The translations under genes were made by a program, and so were the position numbers. The notes beneath the pieces were generated by a model. The model was not told the origin of the DNA, searched no databases, and saw only the letters and a program-made list of their open reading frames with translations. Source: Candidatus Aenigmatarchaeota archaeon (lineage in GTDB: Archaea > Aenigmatarchaeota > Aenigmatarchaeia > CG10238-14 > SCSR01). Taken from it: a stretch of DNA of 57,486 nucleotides. How positions within the stretch are numbered: the first letter of the stretch is position 1; each line of letters begins with the position of its first letter. Where the stretch lies: positions 1 through 57,486 of the forward strand of contig JACQIA010000046.1 of assembly GCA_016198705.1 (NCBI GenBank). Direction: 5' to 3'. This document shows, one piece after another, positions 35,232 through 42,978 of this stretch.

Positions 35232-36031
35232 AGGGACAATCGTTAGTCGTACAATTCCTATTGTTTTTCATAATTGGGTTGGGCTTATTTATAGCCATAG
35301 GAGGAGCTTTCCGTTTGCAGGCGGATATAATCAGGGAAGATGTGGCTGAGGCCAACAGGGAATTAATTGCTAGTTACATATCTTCAATTGCTGTTTCTTT
35401 AACAAATACGTGTAAAGAATGTGATTATATAAACTACACTATAAAATTAAAAGAGTTAAATGCAAACTATATACAGAGATTAAGATTGGCAGATTATGGT
35501 CTGCAAATTTTTTCCACACCTTCTGGCGGCAATATTTCTGATACAATTCATCTTCTGAACAATACAATTGACTTATGCGGAAATGCAGCCTCTCCCTATC
35601 CCATAACTTTAATATTTAATAAAACTCAAAATATAATAAAAATTGGCAATATTGACGTAACTTCTATAGAAAGGCTGTGCCCTTCGAATTTCATTTTGTT
35701 CATGAAAGATTCTATTCAGTTTACAGAAATTGGGGATGCAATTTTGAAGGGGGCGCTTGCTAAATTAAATCCAGATCCGCAAACCACACCCGATGATGAA
35801 TTTGTGTTCAAAGACAGTGCGGGAAATATAGTTGTGGTAATAAATTTGATCACCGGAAACATGGTTATAAAAGGGGACTTGTTTGAAAACCAGGCTTCGC
35901 TTACGCCTTCCGCAGCAAGCAACGATTTTATCATAAAAAATTCCAACGGTGATATAGTTAGTTTCATAGATGAATCGGGCAATTTTTATTTAAAAGGTAT
36001 GCTAATACAAAATGCGATTGAACTTGAATGA
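35228..36031 (+). CDS. type IV pilin-like protein with duplicated C-terminal motif
   Basis: MKG|QSLVVQFLLFFIIGLGLFIAIGG leader. C-terminal duplication: FVFKDSAGNIVVVINLITGNMVIKGDLFEN / FIIKNSNGDIVSFIDESGNFYLKGMLIQN. ATGA overlaps at both ends. Confidence 0.55.
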   Translation: MKGQSLVVQFLLFFIIGLGLFIAIGGAFRLQADIIREDVAEANRELIASYISSIAVSLTNTCKECDYINYTIKLKELNANYIQRLRLADYGLQIFSTPSGGNISDTIHLLNNTIDLCGNAASPYPITLIFNKTQNIIKIGNIDVTSIERLCPSNFILFMKDSIQFTEIGDAILKGALAKLNPDPQTTPDDEFVFKDSAGNIVVVINLITGNMVIKGDLFENQASLTPSAASNDFIIKNSNGDIVSFIDESGNFYLKGMLIQNAIELE

Positions 36032-36987
36032 TATATAATTATTTAAGGAAAACAATTATTAATTATATGAAAGGAAAATTAATTTTTTCTGCTTTACTTT
36101 TATTGATTCTTTTGGCAGTTATTGTAAATGCTGATGTGATAATTGGCGGCAATATATTAGATGTTAACAGTAAGCTTTTTGTTGATGCATTAGGTAATGT
36201 CGGCATCGGGACGGTGAGTCCAGCTCAAACATTAGATGTTAATGGAGTTACCCGTCTTAGAAGAACTGATAGTCAGAATTGGTTGGAATTCTTTAACATT
36301 GCTGCACAAGTAGTGCGTGCTACAATCGGTAATGACGCCTCTGGAAATATACAGATCAAAACTTTAGAAAATATCCATCTCATATTTGCTACTAACAATC
36401 AGGAAAGAATTAGAATAACAGGAACCGGCGACGTCGGCATCGGGACTCCGAACCCTACTGAGAAACTACAAGTAGCAGGAATAATTCATTCGACATCTAG
36501 CGGCTTTAAGTTTCCCGATGGGACTATACAAACAACTGCTGGAGGTGGTGGTGTAACTAGTAAAATAGTGCGCAAGAGTATTAACGAGAGTGTCGTCAAC
36601 TCTGCAACTCTTCAGGATGATGATGAATTAAAGTTTTCGGTTGGAGCTAATGAGGTATGGACGTTTGACATGTATCTCCTCTTCAATGCTAGCTTTACTC
36701 CATCCATAAAATGGCAGTTTACCGTTCCTAGTGGTACTGCTCTGGAAGGTACATGGTTTGGTACTAATGCTCCTGGGAGCGTCTCGAATGCTGTGTGGTT
36801 CTTTAACAACAACCAAGAACAAAACACACAAGGACAAACCAATGATGTCCTGTTAAAGATATACGGTGTGGTAGTTGCAGGTGGTACTGCTGGTAACATT
36901 CAATTCCAATGGGCACAAAATACAGCAACCACCAGAGGTACCGCAGTTCTTCAGAATTCAGCTATCATAGCTACGCGCATAGCTTAG
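36028..36987 (+). CDS. secreted or pilin-like protein with tail-fibre-like VGIGT repeats
   Basis: GNVGIGTVSPAQTLDVNG and GDVGIGTPNPTEKLQVAG motifs. The N-terminal MKGKLIFSALLLLILLAVIV suggests an alternative start at 36067. Confidence 0.5.
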   Translation: MIYNYLRKTIINYMKGKLIFSALLLLILLAVIVNADVIIGGNILDVNSKLFVDALGNVGIGTVSPAQTLDVNGVTRLRRTDSQNWLEFFNIAAQVVRATIGNDASGNIQIKTLENIHLIFATNNQERIRITGTGDVGIGTPNPTEKLQVAGIIHSTSSGFKFPDGTIQTTAGGGGVTSKIVRKSINESVVNSATLQDDDELKFSVGANEVWTFDMYLLFNASFTPSIKWQFTVPSGTALEGTWFGTNAPGSVSNAVWFFNNNQEQNTQGQTNDVLLKIYGVVVAGGTAGNIQFQWAQNTATTRGTAVLQNSAIIATRIA

Positions 36988-37350
36988 GTGAATGAAAAAT
37001 GGAAAAAATCATTACGGCACCATTTACCAAGCTGAATGATTTTTGATTATCTCCAATCAAAAGATATCTTTTTAATTCTGACCATACTCATGATTCTACT
37101 ACAAACAAGTTCAGATATTATGAAATGGAGCTTGGAAGGATTGCATTGGAGCAGGTGGATCTAGTAGAATAGTAAGTTTTTTAAACAAATCCTAGTTTCG
37201 ATAATTTCAAACTGAGAAACTAAATAGGAGACTATCACCATTGAAAAATAATCAAACCCATCCAGAAGATACTTCTACAACCTAATCCAACTCATAAGTA
37301 CAAACCAATAAGATTAACATTAATAAAAAACAAAAATAAATTAGTGGTAA

Positions 37351-39150
37351 TTGTTGTTGGGCAAATTATTAGTTAAAAAATTGAAGACTGGTTATCACAG
37401 ACTGGAAGCTCGCAAAGGATTTGAGGAACCTGTCCCAGTGACTGCTAGGACTCCCTTGCCCACGACAATCGAATCGCCGCTTGAAGTTGTTTTAGCAGGT
37501 TCTAGAGGTGGTGGTGTTGGCGCTGGTGGTGGATCAAGGTTTGGCTCTAGAGGCGGTGTAGAATCTGACTCTGCATTCAAAGGCATAGAAATTCCTACAT
37601 TGCCTAAGAGCATTAGGTTCGGAAAACTGCAAATGACGGAAGAAAAACCACTGACAACAATAATTTATCCTCTGATACCGGATAAACCTAAGAAAGGCGA
37701 CGCGATATTTGCATACACTAAAATATCTTGGGATGCTAAAGGCGGTGGTTATGTATATCAAACCGTCGAGCCTAACCTCACACCAATTTTGAGTGATATT
37801 TTAAAGAAAATAAAAGGACTTTTGGAACAAAGATTGGATATAGACTTTTCTAGACTTAAGATGGTTGAAGCAAGCGAATACTTAAGCAAACAGATAGGAG
37901 ATTTGATAAATTATTTTAAATTCCAAATTACTCCTGCTGAGAAGACTATTTTAAAATACTACATAGAAAGGGATTTCATTGGGCTTGGCAAGATAGAGCC
38001 TTTAATGAAGGACAAAAATATTGAAGATATAAGCTGTGATGGGATTGGGATACCCATATTCATCTATCATAGGAATCCTGTTTTAGGTTCGGTTGGTACT
38101 AATATAGTGTTCGAGACTGAAGATGAATTAGATTCATTTCTAGCGAGGCTTGTACAACTTTCTGGAAAATCCATATCTGTATCCCAGCCATTGATTGATG
38201 GAACTTTACCAGACGGAAGCAGATTGCAAGCTACATTAGCTACTGATATAGCGAGACGTGGAAGTAATTTTACTATTAGAAAATTTTCTGAGGAACCTTT
38301 AACCCCCATCCATCTTTTAAATTATGGCACAGTTGATGTAAGAACATTGGCTTATCTCTGGCTGGCTGTAGAGTTTGGGAGAAGCCTTTTAATTTCAGGG
38401 GGGACTGCTAGCGGTAAAACTAGTTTCCTCAATGCATTGTCTTTGTTTATCAGGCCTGAAAAAAAGATAGTCTCGATAGAAGATACAGCTGAACTAAGAC
38501 TGCCCCATCCACACTGGATACCAACAGTTGCAAGGATTCCGATTTCTGTAGAGGGAGGCAGATTGGGGGAAGTTGACATGTTTGATTTATTGAAAGAGAG
38601 CTTGCGACAAAGACCAGACTATATAATTGTTGGTGAGGTGAGAGGCAAGGAAGCATACATATTGTTCCAGCAAATTGCAACCGGCCACCCTTCAATGGCT
38701 ACTATTCACGCAGAAAACTTGACAAAATTGGTGGATAGATTAACAACACAACCCATATCCTTGCCAAAAACTTTGGTAAGTAGCCTGGATATTGTAGTAT
38801 TCCTTTTACGTGTCAGGCATAAAAACAGATATGTCAGGAAGGTAAACGAAGTTTTAGAAATGGTTAAGTTTGATCCTGAAGCATCAGAACCGCTTGTCAA
38901 CCAAATTTTCAAATGGAATCCTGTTGGAGACACCTTTGAAGTTTCAAACAAAAGCGTCATATTGCAAAGGATATCTGATGTCACAGGAGTAAACCCGCAA
39001 GAACTGGTTGATGAAATGGAAAGGAGGTCGCTAATATTAGATTGGATGCAAAGGAAGAATGTAACAGATTACAGAAGTGTGCATCAAGTCATCGACATGT
39101 ATTATTCGCATCCCAAACAATTGCTAGCAAAAGTGATGGGTGAAAGCTAA
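37351..39150 (+). CDS. archaeal type IV pilus/archaellum assembly ATPase (FlaI/PilB/TadA family)
   Basis: Walker A GGTASGKTS, Asp box IEDTAEL and Walker B RQRPDYIIVGEVRGKEA. There is no in-frame ATG before codon 95, so a TTG start at 37351 is assumed. Confidence 0.9.
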   Translation: MLLGKLLVKKLKTGYHRLEARKGFEEPVPVTARTPLPTTIESPLEVVLAGSRGGGVGAGGGSRFGSRGGVESDSAFKGIEIPTLPKSIRFGKLQMTEEKPLTTIIYPLIPDKPKKGDAIFAYTKISWDAKGGGYVYQTVEPNLTPILSDILKKIKGLLEQRLDIDFSRLKMVEASEYLSKQIGDLINYFKFQITPAEKTILKYYIERDFIGLGKIEPLMKDKNIEDISCDGIGIPIFIYHRNPVLGSVGTNIVFETEDELDSFLARLVQLSGKSISVSQPLIDGTLPDGSRLQATLATDIARRGSNFTIRKFSEEPLTPIHLLNYGTVDVRTLAYLWLAVEFGRSLLISGGTASGKTSFLNALSLFIRPEKKIVSIEDTAELRLPHPHWIPTVARIPISVEGGRLGEVDMFDLLKESLRQRPDYIIVGEVRGKEAYILFQQIATGHPSMATIHAENLTKLVDRLTTQPISLPKTLVSSLDIVVFLLRVRHKNRYVRKVNEVLEMVKFDPEASEPLVNQIFKWNPVGDTFEVSNKSVILQRISDVTGVNPQELVDEMERRSLILDWMQRKNVTDYRSVHQVIDMYYSHPKQLLAKVMGES

Positions 39151-40020
39151 ATGGGCTTTTATTCTCGATTTGGCTATATGTTATTTGGCTCATTTAGTGA
39201 GACTGTAAATTCTTATTTGACTGATTTAAGATCGGATTTGAAAAAATCCAGTATTAAAATTTCTCCCCTTGAATATCTGAGCATAACTCTACTGACAACT
39301 TTTTTGGCTTTTGTGATAGCATTTCCGCTATTGTCATTTATTTTGGCTTATATTTTTGAGGAGTTCCTATTTTCATTTATCACAGCTTTCACAACATCGG
39401 TGCTGCTTTCTATGGGGATTTTTACACTATCCATAAACTATCCGAAGTTTATAATGCAAGGCAAAAGCAAGGAAATAGAAGACAGTTTGCCGTTTGCAAC
39501 GCTTTACCTCTCTACAGTAGCTGGTTCCAAACTTCCCTTGCATAAAACTTTCGAACTGTTTTCTAAATTCAGTGACTATGGGGAAATTACCAAACAAATA
39601 GGGGCTTTAGTTAATGACATTAAATCTTTTGGATTAGATTTGAATACTGCTATTGAAAGGCAGATGGAAAGGACTCCGTCCAAAAGGCTTACAGAATTGC
39701 TTTGGGGCATTTTATCTGGAATTAGAGCTGGGGCCGATCTAAATATATATTTAAAAGAAAAGTCTGCATCGTTTATGGCAGAATACAGAAGAAAGATTTA
39801 CGAATATTCGCATACGCTTAGTGTCTACATAGAACTCTATCTAACAAGTGTTGTTCTTGGCACAATATTCTTCACGATTTTGACTGCAATAATGGCTGGA
39901 ATAGGTGGCGTGCAGGGCGATATAATTTTCCTGCAGTTCATTTTAATATTTATGATGTTGCCTTTTATTTCAGTCGCATTTATTTTCCTTATAAAATCCT
40001 CTACGCCGGGGGGTGAATAA
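39151..40020 (+). CDS. type IV pilus platform protein, single T2SSF domain (TadB/TadC/FlaJ half)
   Basis: 289 aa. The cytoplasmic helical domain (LPFATLYLSTVAGSKLPLHKTFELFSK) is flanked by TM segments. Confidence 0.75.
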   Translation: MGFYSRFGYMLFGSFSETVNSYLTDLRSDLKKSSIKISPLEYLSITLLTTFLAFVIAFPLLSFILAYIFEEFLFSFITAFTTSVLLSMGIFTLSINYPKFIMQGKSKEIEDSLPFATLYLSTVAGSKLPLHKTFELFSKFSDYGEITKQIGALVNDIKSFGLDLNTAIERQMERTPSKRLTELLWGILSGIRAGADLNIYLKEKSASFMAEYRRKIYEYSHTLSVYIELYLTSVVLGTIFFTILTAIMAGIGGVQGDIIFLQFILIFMMLPFISVAFIFLIKSSTPGGE

Positions 40021-40954
40021 AGTCAAAATTGCGCAAAGATTAAAATTCTTATTAATCTCGCTACTCGTATCTCTGGTGCTTTTTTCATTAGCATTAATAA
40101 GCCAGGATATCGGTGTGATTGGAAATGTAATCATTTTGTCTACATTTATTTTGGCAACGCCGCAGCTTTTTATCTCATACCAAAAGTATACCGCCCTCAA
40201 GGACATGGAAGCTAAATTTCCAGTTTTTTTGCGCGGCTTAATCGAGAATTTACGCTCCGGCATTGCCTTTCACAAGGCAATAATTACTTCAAGTAAAATT
40301 GACTACGGAAAACTATCACCTGAAATTAAGAAGGTTGCGAATCAACTAACTTGGGGCATGCCGATTGACAAAGTTCTTAATCAACTTGCAAACAGGCTAA
40401 AAGGCAGCAGAAGACTGTACACATCAATTAAAATAATAAGGGAATCTTTTGTATCTGGAGGGGATGTTGTATCTACTTTGGATGCTGTAGCAGACAACGC
40501 AACGCTACTGCAGGATTCTGAACAAGAGAAGAAAACAATTCTAGACCAGTATGTTGTACTCATGTATGCCATTTCTATAATCTTCATAGTAATAGTTGTT
40601 GTGATAAACAGGCTGTTGATTCCTATTTTCAACGTATCAGGCGAATCGCTATTGGGTGAATCTATAGGCTTAAGCAATCCTTGTGACAGTTGCACTGGAA
40701 TTAGCTGTAATGTATGCGATATGTTTCAAGGGACATCCCAGGTGTATTTCTCAATAAAACCTGGCACTACAGCGGCTTATTACACTTCATTATTTTTCTA
40801 TATGGCGTTAATTCAATCGCTGTTTTCAGGCTTAGTTGCAGGGCAGATAAGCGAAAATTCAATTGTGGCAGGAATGAAGCATAGTTTAATTTTGGTCGGG
40901 ATAACGGTCGGCGCATTCAGTATTTTGGTAAAATTAAAACTCATGGGAGTCTAA
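40013..40954 (+). CDS. type IV pilus platform protein, second single T2SSF domain
   Basis: 313 aa. FPVFLRGLIENLRSGIAFHKAI...LANRLKGS plus TM segments. 8-nt overlap with the previous gene. Cys-rich loop CDSCTGISCNVCD. Confidence 0.75.
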   Translation: MNKVKIAQRLKFLLISLLVSLVLFSLALISQDIGVIGNVIILSTFILATPQLFISYQKYTALKDMEAKFPVFLRGLIENLRSGIAFHKAIITSSKIDYGKLSPEIKKVANQLTWGMPIDKVLNQLANRLKGSRRLYTSIKIIRESFVSGGDVVSTLDAVADNATLLQDSEQEKKTILDQYVVLMYAISIIFIVIVVVINRLLIPIFNVSGESLLGESIGLSNPCDSCTGISCNVCDMFQGTSQVYFSIKPGTTAAYYTSLFFYMALIQSLFSGLVAGQISENSIVAGMKHSLILVGITVGAFSILVKLKLMGV

Positions 40955-40956
40955 AG

Positions 40957-41469
40957 ATGAAGGCCCAACTTTCGTTCGATTTCTATTTTTCATTAATAGT
41001 ATTCATCGTTTTTGTTGCTTCGCTATTTTTCAAGCTGATAACGTTTTTTCCTTTATACTCGGAAGAAGTTAGCCTGCAAAAATTGAGGGCTGAGTCCTAC
41101 CAAATTTCTGAGATTTTGGTAAACGATGCGGGATATCCTGGCAATTGGCATACTGATGTACCCAATGCAAAGAGATTGGGATTATCCGACGAGATAAAAA
41201 ATAAAACAAACATCCTATCTGCATCAAAAATAACTGCAATTGACAGTTTATGCAATTCGGCAGGGGGTTATAATAAAGTTCTTGACTTGTTGGACATAGA
41301 AGATGGTTTTTTAACTTCGTTCGTTGACAAAAGCATAGAACCCAATGTGGTCCTCATGACATGTTTGCCTCCAGAAGCATTCGCGAAATTAAGAGTGGAG
41401 ATAAATAGAACTGTAGCCTTTGGCTCAGGCGCATTTGGAGAGCTAAGAGTTAGTATGTGGAAGAAATGA
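40957..41469 (+). CDS. type IV pilin-like protein (class III signal peptide)
   Basis: MKA|QLSFDFYFSLIVFIVFVASLFF has the archaeal QxSxD/E-type prepilin N-terminus. Length 170 aa. Confidence 0.6.
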   Translation: MKAQLSFDFYFSLIVFIVFVASLFFKLITFFPLYSEEVSLQKLRAESYQISEILVNDAGYPGNWHTDVPNAKRLGLSDEIKNKTNILSASKITAIDSLCNSAGGYNKVLDLLDIEDGFLTSFVDKSIEPNVVLMTCLPPEAFAKLRVEINRTVAFGSGAFGELRVSMWKK

Positions 41470-42821
41470 AAAATAAAGCGTTTGTTGTAATTTTAGAAAT
41501 GATTACTGTCATAGCAGCGCTGCTGGTAGCATTTGGTATTCTTTTCCCTGGCTTCTTTTATCAGAACAGATGGGAACAAGCTTTTATCATACTCAAGGGA
41601 AGAGATGTGGTGACAACGATGGACAGATTAGGTGCATTATATCAATATTCTTTCAATGAAAGCGCGTTAATGGATTTCTTGAATAAAACAGTTCCAACGA
41701 AACTGACTAATTTGATTCATTGGTCCGGAACCTCTGGGACGTTCAAACCTTTGGTAACTGTTGCTTGTGTTTGCACAGAGGCGCAAAAGAATGCATTAAT
41801 TTCTTGGATAGGCAGGCTGCGGCTTAACGGAAGGTATATCGACATTGATGTCGTATCGTCTGGATTAAATCCGATTTACTCTGCATCAGATGTTTTGCTG
41901 ATATGGGGGGATCAAGACCTTACACCCTACAAGACGAACTTGCAAGATTACCTTAGAGCAGGCAAAGGTATAGTTGAAATCATGGATTTGAATGGCTTGG
42001 GTGATTTGGGCGATGTTCAAAAAAGTATTTTCGGTATTGACAAATGCTCTGCATTAAGTCTTCCTACGTGTAATATAGTTGGTCCGCCTCCTGAAGATAT
42101 TTTCGTCAAACCGGATCTCGCCAAGAGAACAACTTATCCAACCTACAAGAATTTCCATCACATACCTATGAGCGTACTCGCGCCTAATGAAGTAGCGTCA
42201 TTCAATAATGGCGCGTTAGCTGCTTGTGCAAGCACGAATATAAATCAAGGCATTTTCACCATGAGGGGAACTAGCAATACATTTTGGATCTGCAATGGAA
42301 ATTCTGTTTATTTCGACACAACAGGGGATAATGTGGCGGACATTCTGGTCTTGCCTAATAATCAGTTTACTATTGACGGCCAACAACTATTGCTTAGTTT
42401 TATAGACGGCAATGTAAGAATCGGCATTACATTATTGGACGGATACAAATTCAAAAATTTCATCCATAGTGATACAAAACTATATCCTATAGACAAAGAT
42501 GTGTTCAAAATATTGCTATCTGATGGAAATTATACAACTTCGCCTAACCCACCATCTGAAAATCCGATTCCGGTAGTCATTGTTAATGGGACAATATCTA
42601 GAGCTGCTTGGATATCGAACTTTGCAAGGACTTCTTTATCGGATGCTGGCGACGATCACAAATTATTGTTGGCGTCTCTTCTTCTTTGGGCGTCTGATAA
42701 AAAGCATATAAGCACTTTAAGTGATCTGAGGTCTGGCTATCTCACCTCATATGTAAACATTGCAAATCAAAACATGTATGAAGTTTACAAGTTTGACTTG
42801 GGTCTAGGATTCCCGTTCTAA
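41457..42821 (+). CDS. large pilin-like / pilus-associated protein
   Basis: MEEMKNK|AFVVILEMITVIAALLVAFGILF N-terminus followed by a 420-aa extracellular region. 13-nt overlap with the previous gene. Confidence 0.5.
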   Translation: MEEMKNKAFVVILEMITVIAALLVAFGILFPGFFYQNRWEQAFIILKGRDVVTTMDRLGALYQYSFNESALMDFLNKTVPTKLTNLIHWSGTSGTFKPLVTVACVCTEAQKNALISWIGRLRLNGRYIDIDVVSSGLNPIYSASDVLLIWGDQDLTPYKTNLQDYLRAGKGIVEIMDLNGLGDLGDVQKSIFGIDKCSALSLPTCNIVGPPPEDIFVKPDLAKRTTYPTYKNFHHIPMSVLAPNEVASFNNGALAACASTNINQGIFTMRGTSNTFWICNGNSVYFDTTGDNVADILVLPNNQFTIDGQQLLLSFIDGNVRIGITLLDGYKFKNFIHSDTKLYPIDKDVFKILLSDGNYTTSPNPPSENPIPVVIVNGTISRAAWISNFARTSLSDAGDDHKLLLASLLLWASDKKHISTLSDLRSGYLTSYVNIANQNMYEVYKFDLGLGFPF

Positions 42822-42833
42822 TGTACATAAAAA

Positions 42834-42846
42834 CTTTATTTATAAG
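42834..42846 (+). promoter_or_regulatory. TATA-like element (CTTTATTTATAAG) 27-39 nt upstream of the ATG at 42873
   Basis: Sequence and spacing. Confidence 0.35.
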
Positions 42847-42872
42847 CAAAAGCATAAGTTAAAAAGAATTAA

Positions 42873-42974
42873 ATGAAAATCTGCTTTTATTGTAGTGGAA
42901 AGGGGCGGTTCATTTCAATTTTATTGGGATATATAGAATGTGTAACATGCTATGGCAATGGTTGGATTGATTGA
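42873..42974 (+). CDS. 33-aa zinc-finger miniprotein with two CxxCxGxG motifs
   Basis: Hand translation: MKICFYCSGKGRFISILLGYIECVTCYGNGWID. CFYCSGKG and CVTCYGNG match the DnaJ-type zinc-finger repeat. Below the track cut-off. Confidence 0.4.
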   Translation: MKICFYCSGKGRFISILLGYIECVTCYGNGWID

Positions 42975-42978
42975 TTTT

